From positions 1 through 51,312 of the forward strand of contig JAIYCF010000061.1 of assembly GCA_027488165.1 (NCBI GenBank): a stretch of DNA of 51,312 nucleotides, read 5' to 3'. Every line of letters begins with the position of its first letter. The first letter of the stretch is position 1. Positions 10,533-21,029 of this stretch are shown one piece after another. The DNA is from Streptomycetaceae bacterium. Lineage in GTDB: Bacteria > Actinomycetota > Actinomycetes > Nanopelagicales > Nanopelagicaceae. The notes under the pieces are model-generated. The model was not told where the DNA came from, ran no database searches, and saw only the letters and a program-made list of their open reading frames with translations. Made by a program: the position numbers and the translations under genes.

Positions 10533-11021
10533 TTATTCCGTCTCTCCTGCGTTAGATTGTCTAGGTGCTCTATCTATAGAAAACTTGGTTGCTGGATATC
10601 GGGTTAAGAATAGAGCCATCGCCACTAGCCCAGCATCTCTTAGAATCTCCTGAAGGTAGCGTGTCTGGCCCGGGTCGACTGCTCCTCCCCCACCGAAACA
10701 ACCGCAATCAATGTTCAAGCCGCGTGCCCAGGCTTGGGCGATTGCGATGATAAAGATAAACATAGTGAACCCACCGAGTACTGCGACAACGCGAGTTGCT
10801 GCTCCGACGATTAGCAATAGTCCGATTACTACTTCAAAGAAGGGAAGGGTGAGGCCCAGAAAATTTGCGACTGGAATTGGCAAGAGTTCATATGAGCGAA
10901 CCGCCATTTGCGAGATCTCGGCCTTTCCAACCTTCAGATATCCCGCCGCAAAGAGAACGCCGCCAAGAGTGAGTCTGCAGGCTAACCCAATCCACGGTTG
11001 TAACTTTTCAAATTTACTCAT
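10533..11021 (-). CDS. MauE/DoxX-family membrane protein with CGC motif
   Basis: RLxLGGVLFAAGxLK, LPxxExxIGLLL, RGLNIDCGCFG and ILRD; about four hydrophobic segments. Confidence 0.85.
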   Translation of the reverse strand: MSKFEKLQPWIGLACRLTLGGVLFAAGYLKVGKAEISQMAVRSYELLPIPVANFLGLTLPFFEVVIGLLLIVGAATRVVAVLGGFTMFIFIIAIAQAWARGLNIDCGCFGGGGAVDPGQTRYLQEILRDAGLVAMALFLTRYPATKFSIDRAPRQSNAGETE

Positions 11022-11821
11022 CGACCTTCGCGGACACCTTTGGCTAACTCGGTAGCAAGTTCTTTCACCGCCGCTAGCCCTGCTTCTTCATTTGGAGCAT
11101 CTTGCAGAGCCTTGATGAAAGCCGATCCAACAATTACTCCATCTGCATAGGCAGCAACGCCCTTTGCTTGCTCTCGTGTTGAAACACCTAATCCGACTGC
11201 AACTGGTAAGCCAGTTGTTGTGCGAATCCGTGCAACGAGATCCGCCGCTCCTGATGAAACCGAATTCCGTGCACCGGTTACACCCATCAAACTTGCTGCG
11301 TATACAAATCCACCACAGGCGGCAGTGACCTTTGGCATTCGTGCATCAGATGTACTTGGAGCGATTACATAGATTGGATTGATTGAATTCTCTTTTGTCG
11401 CACCCAGCCAGGAAGCAGACTCTTCAATTGTTAAGTCTGGAGTGATTACACCTGATCCACCATTTGCGGCGATCGCTTTGGCGAATTCACTTACGCCATA
11501 GCGTTCAATTGGGTTCCAATAGGTCATTACTACAGCAGCTACTCCGCCATCTGTTGCAACTTTTAGAGCCGACATAACTTCAGCCGCACCAGTGCCATTT
11601 TCTAGTGCGGTGACCGCTGCAGCCTGAATAGTCGGCCCATCCATTACCGGATCGCTATAAGGGAATCCGATCTCGATCGCATCAACCCCAGCATCTATAA
11701 ATGTTTGAATAACTTTTGCGCAACCGGCTTGCGATGGAAAACCCGCAGGAATATATGCAATCAGCGCAGCGCGATTTTCAGCGCGAACCTTTACAAATAA
11801 TTGATCTAAAGCGGTCATCAA
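11018..11821 (-). CDS. trpA: tryptophan synthase alpha chain
   Basis: [38 protein letters not shown]. Confidence 0.97.
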   Translation of the reverse strand: MMTALDQLFVKVRAENRAALIAYIPAGFPSQAGCAKVIQTFIDAGVDAIEIGFPYSDPVMDGPTIQAAAVTALENGTGAAEVMSALKVATDGGVAAVVMTYWNPIERYGVSEFAKAIAANGGSGVITPDLTIEESASWLGATKENSINPIYVIAPSTSDARMPKVTAACGGFVYAASLMGVTGARNSVSSGAADLVARIRTTTGLPVAVGLGVSTREQAKGVAAYADGVIVGSAFIKALQDAPNEEAGLAAVKELATELAKGVREGR

Positions 11822-13029
11822 TCGAGTGGAATTCCAAAATACTGCGCTGCGGTCTGTACATCTTTATCGCCGCGTCCAGAGAGATTGATAACGATGATTG
11901 CATCTTTACCAAGTTCATTTCCAACTTGCAGCGCACCAGCAAGAGCGTGTGCAGTTTCGATCGCTGGAATAATTCCTTCTGTCTTTGAGAGAAGTGCAAA
12001 GGCATGCATCGCTTGTTCATCTGTGATTGCGCGATATTCGGCGCGACCGATGTCGTGAAGGTATGCGTGCTCGGGACCAACACCTGGGTAATCAAGGCCA
12101 GCAGAAATTGAATGTGACTCAACGGTCTGGCCATTGGCATCTTGTAAAACATAAGAACGAGTTCCGTGAAGAACACCTGGTGTGCCGCCAGTGATCGTTG
12201 CAGCATGACGTCCAGTTTCTACGCCATCTCCACCAGCTTCTAGCCCGATTAAGCGAACAGATGGATCAGAGATAAAGCGGTGGAAAATTCCAATCGCATT
12301 GGAGCCACCCCCGACACAGGCAAGCACGGCATCAGGCAAACGGCCTGTGAGCGCTAAGACTTGCTCGCGCGTTTCTTCGCCGATGATTTTGTGAAAATCT
12401 CTTACCATCGTTGGGAAAGGATGGGGACCGGCAACAGTTCCAAGCAAGTAGTGAGTGGTTTCAACGTTGGTAACCCAATCACGCATCGCTTCATTAATGG
12501 CATCTTTCAAAGTGCGTGAACCAGTTGTAACGGGAACAACTTCGGCACCCAGTAACTTCATGCGGGCAACATTTAACGCTTGGCGCTTTGTATCTTCTTC
12601 ACCCATGTAGACAACGCATTCCAAGCCCATCAGCGCAGCGGCTGTAGCTGATGCAACGCCATGCTGACCGGCACCGGTTTCGGCGATGATGCGCTTCTTA
12701 CCCATGCGCTTTGTAAGCAAAGCTTGTCCAAGAACGTTATTGATCTTATGGCTGCCAGTGTGGTTTAAATCTTCGCGCTTTAAAATAATGCGAGCACCAC
12801 CAGCATGTTCTGCAAAACGTTTTGCTTCGGTGATGATGCTTGGGCGTCCCGTGTAAGTGCGATGAAGTTCTGCTAACTCTGCCACGAATGCTGGATCGCT
12901 CTGCGCGGTGTAATGCGCTGCTTCTAACTCTTCGAGAGCACCGATTAGCGCTTCAGGTACAAAGCGACCACCATATGGACCGAAGTGACCCAAGATGGAT
13001 CCGAGATCTTCTTTCGGCGTAGTCGACAT
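11818..13029 (-). CDS. trpB: tryptophan synthase beta chain
   Basis: [18 protein letters not shown] lysine, [39 protein letters not shown]. Confidence 0.98.
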   Translation of the reverse strand: MSTTPKEDLGSILGHFGPYGGRFVPEALIGALEELEAAHYTAQSDPAFVAELAELHRTYTGRPSIITEAKRFAEHAGGARIILKREDLNHTGSHKINNVLGQALLTKRMGKKRIIAETGAGQHGVASATAAALMGLECVVYMGEEDTKRQALNVARMKLLGAEVVPVTTGSRTLKDAINEAMRDWVTNVETTHYLLGTVAGPHPFPTMVRDFHKIIGEETREQVLALTGRLPDAVLACVGGGSNAIGIFHRFISDPSVRLIGLEAGGDGVETGRHAATITGGTPGVLHGTRSYVLQDANGQTVESHSISAGLDYPGVGPEHAYLHDIGRAEYRAITDEQAMHAFALLSKTEGIIPAIETAHALAGALQVGNELGKDAIIVINLSGRGDKDVQTAAQYFGIPLD

Positions 13030-13039
13030 GGGATTAAGC

Positions 13040-13813
13040 CTACCCTCGACCTAATAAGGTCCGCATTGCCAAATCTGGATCACCTGATGTCACCAGGGCT
13101 TCACCCACCAAGATCGCCTTTGCGCCTGAGTTCTGCGCAAATTCAACATCGTTGCGAGTTGAAATCCCAGATTCTGCGACGCGGATTAACTCTGCTGGAA
13201 TTCGTGGAATCAAATCGGCGAAGGCTTTGGGATCTACCTCTAAGGTCTTCAAGTTTCGCGAATTAACACCAACTATTCGAGGAGAAATCTCCAAGGCCCG
13301 CTCTAATTCATCTGCGGTGTGAACTTCAATGAGAGCGGCCATCTCTAATTCAGTTGCGATATCAAAGAAGTCTTTAAGTTGGCTCTTTGATAAGGCGGCG
13401 ACGATTAATAAAACTAGATCAGCCCCATGAGCACGCGCTTCGTAGAATTGATATTCATCAACCATAAAATCTTTTCTCAAAACTGGAATATCAACTCGGC
13501 TTCGCACCGCATCTAGATCAGAGAGCGATCCCTTAAAACGGCGCTCTTCGGTAAGAACGCTAATTACGCTGGCGCCGGCCTTCTGATAACTCTCGGCTAG
13601 CGCTGCTGGATCTGTGATTGCCGAGAGCGAACCCTTGCTTGGTGAAGATCGCTTTACCTCAGCGATCACCTTCATCTCATCTCCAGTTAAAGCTATATGT
13701 GCATCACGAACCGGCGCCGCCTGTGACATCTCTTCAAGAATTTGGTTTAGTGACTTGCGACGTTTTGCTAAATCTTCCCGGACGCCCTCAATTATCGAAT
13801 CTAAGACGGTCAT
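13040..13813 (-). CDS. trpC: indole-3-glycerol phosphate synthase
   Basis: [35 protein letters not shown]. Confidence 0.97.
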   Translation of the reverse strand: MTVLDSIIEGVREDLAKRRKSLNQILEEMSQAAPVRDAHIALTGDEMKVIAEVKRSSPSKGSLSAITDPAALAESYQKAGASVISVLTEERRFKGSLSDLDAVRSRVDIPVLRKDFMVDEYQFYEARAHGADLVLLIVAALSKSQLKDFFDIATELEMAALIEVHTADELERALEISPRIVGVNSRNLKTLEVDPKAFADLIPRIPAELIRVAESGISTRNDVEFAQNSGAKAILVGEALVTSGDPDLAMRTLLGRG

Positions 13814-14001
13814 GGCTTCTCGTTCTCACTCTCAACTTCACTTGGATCGATCCCATGATCTAGCGCGTTCCATGAATTCATTGGTGGCCTATTTCTAGAT
13901 TGTCGCTCGTAGCGCTTGGAAATTCGAAAACGCTTTGAAATATAAATGGTGAGAGTCGCAACAATTACTAGTGAAATCAGTATTTGCACAAACTCAGACA
14001 C
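13810..14001 (-). CDS. 63-aa membrane protein; miniature of the actinobacterial trp-region membrane protein (TIGR02234-like)
   Basis: Fills the trpE-trpC gap, overlapping both genes; one TM helix followed by SKRYER and WNALDHGIDPS, matching the C-terminal W-x-A-L-D-x-G-x-D-P motif I recall for that family. Confidence 0.7.
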   Translation of the reverse strand: MSEFVQILISLVIVATLTIYISKRFRISKRYERQSRNRPPMNSWNALDHGIDPSEVESENEKP

Positions 14002-15484
14002 TTGCTGACCTCATCTTATTTGCAGCGCTAATTGCTCCTAGGACAGCGGCTGCCTTATTTGCACATTCCTGATCTTCGGAGGCAGGATCTGAATCGGCTA
14101 CAACTCCTGCGCCTGCTTGAACGTATGCCATCTTGTTGTAAATAAGTGCGGTACGAATTGCGATACATGTATCGATATTGCCGGTGAAATCTATATAACC
14201 AATTGCACCCCCATAAAGCCCGCGTCTGGTTGGTTCGAGTTCTTCGATGATCTCCATCGCTCTCGGCTTTGGTGCACCAGAGAGAGTTCCTGCAGGAAAG
14301 ACAGCAAAGAGAGCATCAACTGGAGTAGAAGTTTCTGCAAGCTCGCCAATGACTGTAGAAACAATATGCATCACATGCGAATAACGTTCGATATGCATGA
14401 AGTCGATTACTTCAACAGTTCCTGGCTTTGAGATGCGCCCTAGGTCATTTCTTCCAAGATCAACCAGCATTAAGTGTTCTGCTCGTTCCTTAGGATCTGC
14501 TAACAACTCTTCGCCCAAGCGATGATCTTCTTCAGCAGATGCAGAACGTTTTCTGGTTCCTGCGATCGGATGGACCATTACCTCTTTACCGGTCACCTTT
14601 ACCAAGGCTTCTGGGCTTGATCCAACAACTTCTATTCCATCGGTAAAGCGGAATAGATACATATAAGGGCTGGGGTTATGAAGTCGTAGCGCGCGGTAAA
14701 CATCTAAGGCGTCGGCACTACATTCCATAGCAAAGCGTTGCGATAGGACTATTTGGAAAGCCTCACCCGCAACAATCTCTTCCTTTGCCTGTAGCACTTT
14801 AGATTTAAATTCATCGCTTGAGATGTTCTGCGTAAACTGCGGGGTTTGCCGTTCTGGAATCTGATCGATGTAACCAGGTAGCGAACCTTGCAGATCAGAT
14901 TGCATACGATCTAAACGAAGTTGGGCATCGTTAAATGCTTCATCAATTCGCTCATCGCTTCCGTCCCAGTTAATGGCATTAGCAATCAAGGTAATCGTTC
15001 CCTCGGCATGATCCATCACCGCGAGATCGCTAGTTAACATAAAGGCGATCTCTGGCAGCGGAATATCTTTTGCGCTTTGGTTCGGCAATTTCTCTAAGCG
15101 GCGAACTGCGTCGTAACCCATGTATCCAACTAGCCCACCAGTAAGTGGTGGAAGTCCAACAATCTTCGGAGATTTCAGATGAGCTGCAGATAGGCGGAGC
15201 GCTTCAAGTGGATCTAAACCGACAGGTGCGCCAGCAGGTGTTGTGCCAACCCAAATTGATCGGCCATCTTTCTCGCTTAACGTTGCTTGAGAATGTGCGC
15301 CGATAAATGAATATCTTGACCAGGCTCCCCCATGTTCGGCAGATTCCAAGAGAAAGGTCGATGCTTCGTTCTTTGCGATCTTGCGATAAACACCGAGCGG
15401 AGTTTCGCCGTCAGCCAGGAGTTTGCGATAAACCGGAATAACGTTATAGCTCTTCGCATATTCGCGGAAATCGTTGAGTTGCAT
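13994..15484 (-). CDS. trpE: anthranilate synthase component I
   Basis: FLLESAE, NPSPYMY, SSPE, PIAGT, KERAEHLMLVDLGRND, PAGTLSGAPK. Start placed at ATG 15484 (TAATG overlap with hisI) rather than 15523. Confidence 0.96.
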   Translation of the reverse strand: MQLNDFREYAKSYNVIPVYRKLLADGETPLGVYRKIAKNEASTFLLESAEHGGAWSRYSFIGAHSQATLSEKDGRSIWVGTTPAGAPVGLDPLEALRLSAAHLKSPKIVGLPPLTGGLVGYMGYDAVRRLEKLPNQSAKDIPLPEIAFMLTSDLAVMDHAEGTITLIANAINWDGSDERIDEAFNDAQLRLDRMQSDLQGSLPGYIDQIPERQTPQFTQNISSDEFKSKVLQAKEEIVAGEAFQIVLSQRFAMECSADALDVYRALRLHNPSPYMYLFRFTDGIEVVGSSPEALVKVTGKEVMVHPIAGTRKRSASAEEDHRLGEELLADPKERAEHLMLVDLGRNDLGRISKPGTVEVIDFMHIERYSHVMHIVSTVIGELAETSTPVDALFAVFPAGTLSGAPKPRAMEIIEELEPTRRGLYGGAIGYIDFTGNIDTCIAIRTALIYNKMAYVQAGAGVVADSDPASEDQECANKAAAVLGAISAANKMRSASV

Positions 15485-15834
15485 TATGTATCTGCACTGA
15501 TCTCGAGTGGATTGTGAAAACAAGTCTTATCTCCAGTGTGGCAAGCTGCGCCAACTTGGTTAACTTTCAAGAGCAGAGCATCGCCATCGCAATCTAAAGA
15601 AATAGCAATTACCTCTTGCGTATGGCCAGATGTTGCGCCCTTAACCCAAATCTCATTGCGACTGCGGCTCCAATAGGTTGCTTTACCTGTTGCCAAAGTT
15701 TGCGCAAGAGATTCGCGGTTCATGTAGGCCAGCATTAATACTTCGCCGGTTTTTGAATCTTGGGCGATCGCTGGAATTAGATCGATGCCTTCTTTTAAGC
15801 GCGCTGCAATATCTGATGGGATCGCAGCGCTCAT
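15484..15834 (-). CDS. hisI: phosphoribosyl-AMP cyclohydrolase
   Basis: [30 protein letters not shown]; no HisE domain. Confidence 0.96.
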   Translation of the reverse strand: MSAAIPSDIAARLKEGIDLIPAIAQDSKTGEVLMLAYMNRESLAQTLATGKATYWSRSRNEIWVKGATSGHTQEVIAISLDCDGDALLLKVNQVGAACHTGDKTCFHNPLEISADT

Positions 15835-15848
15835 GTTCTTATTCTGCC

Positions 15849-16622
15849 TTACACAGTTGCGTTGTTGCGAATGGAATAACCCTGCGCGCTTAGGTAGCGC
15901 TTTACATCACCAATGCGGTGGACTCCGAAGTGAAAGACGCTGGCTGCAAGTAGCGCATCTGCTCCGGCATCAAGGGCTGCTGCAAAATCTTCGAGGGCGC
16001 CGGCGCCACCGCTAGCAATTAGTGGAACCTTGGAGATTGCGCGAACCGCGGAAATCATTCCGATGTCATAACCAGCGCGCGTTCCATCAGCATCCATGGA
16101 GTTGAGCAGGATCTCCCCTGCACCAAGTGCACAGGCTTTTTCAACCCATGCCAGAGCATCGAGTCCGGCGCTCTGTCGCCCACCATGAGTTGTGACTTCA
16201 AATCCTGACTCAGTTCTGGCGCGACGAGCATCGATTGAGATAACTAAAACTTGCGAGCCAAAGCGATCCGCGATTTCTGCGATTAATTCAGGACGCGCAA
16301 TCGCTGAAGTGTTTATCGAAACTTTATCTGCACCGGCGCGGAGCAAGCGATCGACATCATCAACTGAGCGAATGCCACCACCAACTGTAAGTGGAATAAA
16401 GACTTGCTCTGCAGTTTTTCGCACCACATCTAAGGTCGTTTCACGGTTACTGCTACTGGCCGAGATATCAAGAAAAGTTAACTCATCGGCGCCTTCTAAG
16501 TTGTAGAGCGAGGCCATCTCAACTGGATCCCCTGCATCAACTAAATCTGTGAAGTTAACGCCCTTTACTACGCGCCCATCGGTCACATCAAGGCAAGGAA
16601 TGATGCGGATAGAAAGCGCCAT
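15849..16622 (-). CDS. hisF: imidazole glycerol phosphate synthase, cyclase subunit
   Basis: [41 protein letters not shown]. Confidence 0.97.
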   Translation of the reverse strand: MALSIRIIPCLDVTDGRVVKGVNFTDLVDAGDPVEMASLYNLEGADELTFLDISASSSNRETTLDVVRKTAEQVFIPLTVGGGIRSVDDVDRLLRAGADKVSINTSAIARPELIAEIADRFGSQVLVISIDARRARTESGFEVTTHGGRQSAGLDALAWVEKACALGAGEILLNSMDADGTRAGYDIGMISAVRAISKVPLIASGGAGALEDFAAALDAGADALLAASVFHFGVHRIGDVKRYLSAQGYSIRNNATV

Positions 16623-17363
16623 TTACTTCGCGCCTTTGGTGAGAGCTAACGCTTCTTCTAGAGTGAATGCACCTGCGTATAGCGCCTTACCAACAATCGC
16701 ACCTTCTACGCCGATTGCATGAAGTGACGAGAGTGCCTTGATATCTGCAAGTGATGAGATACCTCCACTAGCAACAACTGGCTTCTTAGTAAATGCGCAT
16801 ACCTCTTTAAGTAGTTCTAGGTTTGGCCCTTGTAGCGTGCCATCTTTGGTAACATCGGTAACGACGTAGCGAGAGCAGCCATCGCGCTCTAAACGTTCGA
16901 TGGTTTCAAAGAGATCGCCGCCTTCTTTAGTCCAGCCGCGCGCAGCTAAGACATGGCCACGAACATCTAAACCAACGGCGATGCGATCTCCATGCTCGGC
17001 AATTACGCGCGCTGTCCATTCTGGGTTTTCTAAAGCCGCGGTGCCTAGGTTCACGCGCTTACAACCTGTTGCCAGTGCACGCTTTAAGGATTCGTCATCA
17101 CGAATACCACCGGAGAGCTCAACCTTTATATCTAGGCGGCCCACAACCTCTGCAAGTAAAGATGTATTTTCTCCACGACCGAAGGCAGCGTCTAGATCAA
17201 CTAGGTGGAGCCATTCGGCGCCTGCCGCTTGGAATTCAAGGGCAACTTCAAGAGGTGCGCCATAAACACTTTCCTGGGCAAGTTCACCTTGAACTAGGCG
17301 CACCGCTTTTCCATCTTTTACATCTACTGCTGGCAGAAGTTCGAGGTAATTGCTCTGTGTCAT
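16623..17363 (-). CDS. priA: bifunctional HisA/TrpF phosphoribosyl isomerase
   Basis: [41 protein letters not shown]. Start ATG 17363 overlaps the hisH stop (ATGA). No separate trpF in the trp block. Confidence 0.9.
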   Translation of the reverse strand: MTQSNYLELLPAVDVKDGKAVRLVQGELAQESVYGAPLEVALEFQAAGAEWLHLVDLDAAFGRGENTSLLAEVVGRLDIKVELSGGIRDDESLKRALATGCKRVNLGTAALENPEWTARVIAEHGDRIAVGLDVRGHVLAARGWTKEGGDLFETIERLERDGCSRYVVTDVTKDGTLQGPNLELLKEVCAFTKKPVVASGGISSLADIKALSSLHAIGVEGAIVGKALYAGAFTLEEALALTKGAK

Positions 17364-17962
17364 AACATCCCCACCCAATTCTTGATTAGCGCAAGGCCAG
17401 CCTCGCCAGATTTTTCTGGGTGAAACTGCGTCGCCGCGATCGCACCATCTTCAACTGCTGCCAAGAACTTTTCGTTGTGAGTACTCCAGACCTGCGAAAC
17501 GCCAACTGGCTGCTTCGCAGCGTAAGAGTGCACAAAGTAAAAAGATTGATCTTCGATCCCTTTAAACAAATTCGATCCCTCTGATACTTCCACGGTATTC
17601 CAACCCATATGCGGCAGGATCGGCGCATCTAATTTAGTAACGCTCTCTTGCCAAATTCCCACGCCTTGATTTAAAACACCATTTGTATGTTCGTCACCAT
17701 CTCTAAAGAGAATTTGCATTCCTACGCAGATTCCTAAAGTTGGTCGTTGTTTAGCAAGACGTTCACGAACGATTGCATCTCCGCCAACTGCGACCAAGCC
17801 GCGCATACATGCTGCAAAGGCACCGACACCAGGGACGACTAACCCTTGTGCGTTTAACGCGATATCGCGATCGGAGGTAACTACAACTTCTTTGCCACTG
17901 CGCTCAAAAGCGCGCTGCGCAGACCTTAGATTTCCAGAACCATAATCAAGGATTGCAATCAC
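17360..17962 (-). CDS. hisH: imidazole glycerol phosphate synthase, amidotransferase subunit
   Basis: [42 protein letters not shown]. Confidence 0.97.
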   Translation of the reverse strand: MIAILDYGSGNLRSAQRAFERSGKEVVVTSDRDIALNAQGLVVPGVGAFAACMRGLVAVGGDAIVRERLAKQRPTLGICVGMQILFRDGDEHTNGVLNQGVGIWQESVTKLDAPILPHMGWNTVEVSEGSNLFKGIEDQSFYFVHSYAAKQPVGVSQVWSTHNEKFLAAVEDGAIAATQFHPEKSGEAGLALIKNWVGML

Positions 17963-17964
17963 TA

Positions 17965-18549
17965 TTAAAGTGAACCTTTTGTTGAAGGAACTCCTGCGAT
18001 TCCGCCATCAAGAGATACGGCATCGCGAAGTGCGCGAGCCACTGCTTTGAATTGCGCTTCAAAAACATGGTGGGCATTTCTTCCTTCAAGCACACGCACG
18101 TGAAGCGCGATCCGAGCTTCTGCAACGATTGATTCCCAGATGTGCTTTCCAAGTGTTGTATCGAAAGTACCGATTAACTCAACAATTTCTGGTTGGCGAT
18201 GGACTAGGTAAGGACGACCCGAAAGATCTACTGCTGCTTGAACTAGAACTTCATCAAGTGGAACCATGGCATCGCCAAAGCGACGGATTCCGACTTTGTC
18301 GCCAAGTGCTTCGCGTAGCGCTTGACCGAAGGCTAGAGATGTATCTTCAACTGTGTGATGTGAATCCACATCAATATCTCCAGTTGTCTTTACAGTGAGA
18401 TTGAAGCCCGAATGCTTTCCAAGTTGGGAGAGCATGTGATCAAAGAATGGAACACCGGTATCTACTGAGATCTCACCGACGCCGTCGAGATTTAACTCAA
18501 CAAGTACATGAGACTCTTTTGTTTTACGTTCTACGCGGGCTGTTCTCAT
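17965..18549 (-). CDS. hisB: imidazoleglycerol-phosphate dehydratase
   Basis: [37 protein letters not shown]. Confidence 0.97.
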   Translation of the reverse strand: MRTARVERKTKESHVLVELNLDGVGEISVDTGVPFFDHMLSQLGKHSGFNLTVKTTGDIDVDSHHTVEDTSLAFGQALREALGDKVGIRRFGDAMVPLDEVLVQAAVDLSGRPYLVHRQPEIVELIGTFDTTLGKHIWESIVAEARIALHVRVLEGRNAHHVFEAQFKAVARALRDAVSLDGGIAGVPSTKGSL

Positions 18550-18578
18550 CTGGTTATCTCCATTAGCTTCATATTTAA

Positions 18579-19679
18579 TTACTTCTGCAAAATCTCTTTT
18601 AAGGCGCCAATAAACTTCTGATTCTCGGCCTCATTGCCAATGGTCATACGTAAGTGACCTAATAATCCCACATCTCTAATCAGAACTCCGCGATCGAGAA
18701 GTTGGCGCCAGATCTGTGCTGGTTCCAAGTTAAATCCTGAGAAGATTATGAAGTTTGCACTGCTTGGTGCGACTTCTAGCCCCATGTCAACAAGTGCGGC
18801 GACTACCTTCTTGCGAGATTCGATAAGGGTTGCCACGGTTCCTAGCAATTCACCCTGATACTCCAGCGCGACCTCAGCCGCCGCCTGAGTAACTGCGCTG
18901 AGGTGATACGGAAGGCGAACTAAGTACATGGCATCAATGACTTCTGAGTTGGCAACCAAATAACCCACGCGCGCGCCGGCGAACGCAAATGCCTTACTCA
19001 TTGTGCGGATCACAACCAAATTTGGATACTTATCAATCAGAGTTACCGCAGATGGCTCGCTAGAAAATTCTGCATAGGCCTCATCAATTACGAGTAACCC
19101 GCTAACTAGGGCAGTTGCCTTAGCTAGTTCTTCAATCTCATCAATCTTGAGAAGAGTGCCAGTTGGATTATTTGGAGTTGTGACAAAAGTCAGCGCAGGT
19201 TTCTTTGAAGCAATTTCGGAGATCGCTTTGGCAGTATCTAATGTGAAATCTGCACGGCGTCCCCCATCTTGCCAAGTAACTCCGATTACCTTTGCGATTA
19301 GTGGGTGCATTGAATAAGAAGGTGTGAATCCAAGTGCGCCACGATCGCCAAAGGCCATGAAGAGAGATTGGATAATCTCGTTGCTGCCATTGGCTGCCCA
19401 GATTGAGTCTGCTGCAAAGTTTGTGCCAGATAGCGAATTAATAAATTTACCTAGAGCAGTGCGAAGTGCAATGGCATCGCGATCGGGATAGCGATTTAAG
19501 GTTGTGGCAACACGATGGACGCGATCGGCGATCGCTTGTGCCAGTTCGGGAGATGGCGCGTAAGGATTCTCGTTGGTATTTAACGTCGCCTCTGCTGGAA
19601 CTTGCGGCGCTCCGTATGGCGAAAGAGAAGTTAGATCTTCACGCAGCGGCAACCAAAGTGGCCATTGCTTGGCACTCAT
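18579..19679 (-). CDS. hisC: histidinol-phosphate aminotransferase
   Basis: [44 protein letters not shown]; position in the his operon. Confidence 0.96.
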   Translation of the reverse strand: MSAKQWPLWLPLREDLTSLSPYGAPQVPAEATLNTNENPYAPSPELAQAIADRVHRVATTLNRYPDRDAIALRTALGKFINSLSGTNFAADSIWAANGSNEIIQSLFMAFGDRGALGFTPSYSMHPLIAKVIGVTWQDGGRRADFTLDTAKAISEIASKKPALTFVTTPNNPTGTLLKIDEIEELAKATALVSGLLVIDEAYAEFSSEPSAVTLIDKYPNLVVIRTMSKAFAFAGARVGYLVANSEVIDAMYLVRLPYHLSAVTQAAAEVALEYQGELLGTVATLIESRKKVVAALVDMGLEVAPSSANFIIFSGFNLEPAQIWRQLLDRGVLIRDVGLLGHLRMTIGNEAENQKFIGALKEILQK

Positions 19680-20983
19680 AAATCTTCCAAACGCGCGGAC
19701 ATTGCTTCACCGTGTGCAGGTAGATCTTCCGAGTTTGCAAGAGTGATCACAGTCTCTGCAATATCTATAAATGCTTGCTGTGAATATTCGATGTAGTGCA
19801 ATCCACGCAAAAATGTTTGAACTGATAACCCACTGCTGTGACAGGCGCATCCACCCGTTGGAAGAACGTGATTTGAGCCAGCCGAATAATCTCCGAGTGA
19901 TACCGGTGAAAAACGGCCAATAAATACCGCGCCCGCGTTACGAATCTGCAGCGCATCCTGAGCAGCGTTCTGAGTTTGAATCTCTAAGTGTTCTGCCGCA
20001 TAGGCATTTACTACATCTAATCCCTGAGCAATTGAATCGACTAGGACGATTGCGGATTGAATTCCGGATAGAGCCTCACGAATTCTGGTTGAGTGTCTTG
20101 TTGATGCGACTCTTACTTCTAGCTCTTTAACTACATCGGCTGCTAGCTTTTCCGAAGTTGTAACTAGAACAGCAGCGGCAATTACATCGTGCTCAGCCTG
20201 GCTAATTAAATCTGCGGCGACATCGCCTGCGCGCGCACTGTCATCTGCCAAGATGGCTATCTCGGTTGGGCCTGCTTCAGAATCAATACCGATAACTCCA
20301 CGCAAAGCACGTTTTGCAGCCGCGACATAGATATTGCCTGGACCGGTAACCAAATCACATTTTTCGCAGAGGCCTTCCATGCCATATGCAAATAGAGCTA
20401 TCGCTTGTGCGCCTCCCACTGCGTAAACCTCAGTTATCCCTAGCAGTGCGCATGCGGCAAGAATCGTTGGGTGCGGAAGGCCGCCAAATTCTTTCTGTGG
20501 TGGTGATGCAACTGCAATGCTAGAAACTTTTGCAATCTGCGCTGGAACCACATTCATCAAGACGCTACTTGGATAAACGGCGCGACCGCCTGGAACATAG
20601 AGGCCGACGCGATCAACAGGGATCCAACGTTCGGTAACAACTCCCCCATCAACAACTTTCGTTCTTGTTTCACCACGGGTTTGATCGTTGTGAACTTTAC
20701 GGATTCGCTCGGCAGAAAGCTCTAGTGCAGCGCGAATCTTTGGATCTAGATCGGCGAGTGCTTTATCTAGAGCCGATTGTGGAACACGGATTGATTGTGG
20801 TCGAACGCCATCAAATTCTTCGGCCAGTTGGAGCAAGTCGGCTTCGCTACCTGATTTAACTTTCTGCAGAATTGGTTCGATTGAATGTAAGGCTGCGGCG
20901 ATATCTAAGGCTGCTCGCGGAATAGCTTTCTGGTAGCCCGCTTTAGTTAGAGCTTTACCGCGTAGATCAAGCGAGCGAATCAT
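19676..20983 (-). CDS. hisD: histidinol dehydrogenase
   Basis: [48 protein letters not shown]. Confidence 0.98.
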   Translation of the reverse strand: MIRSLDLRGKALTKAGYQKAIPRAALDIAAALHSIEPILQKVKSGSEADLLQLAEEFDGVRPQSIRVPQSALDKALADLDPKIRAALELSAERIRKVHNDQTRGETRTKVVDGGVVTERWIPVDRVGLYVPGGRAVYPSSVLMNVVPAQIAKVSSIAVASPPQKEFGGLPHPTILAACALLGITEVYAVGGAQAIALFAYGMEGLCEKCDLVTGPGNIYVAAAKRALRGVIGIDSEAGPTEIAILADDSARAGDVAADLISQAEHDVIAAAVLVTTSEKLAADVVKELEVRVASTRHSTRIREALSGIQSAIVLVDSIAQGLDVVNAYAAEHLEIQTQNAAQDALQIRNAGAVFIGRFSPVSLGDYSAGSNHVLPTGGCACHSSGLSVQTFLRGLHYIEYSQQAFIDIAETVITLANSEDLPAHGEAMSARLEDL

Positions 20984-21029
20984 GGGGCAAGTCTAACGGC
21001 TACCACCTGTTCGAGGCGCGGCCAATAAA

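Noticed and set aside
20996-21020. GTTCGA half-site as an SOS box
   Set aside because: The matching TCGAAC half is absent, and the site lies upstream of hisD rather than a repair gene.
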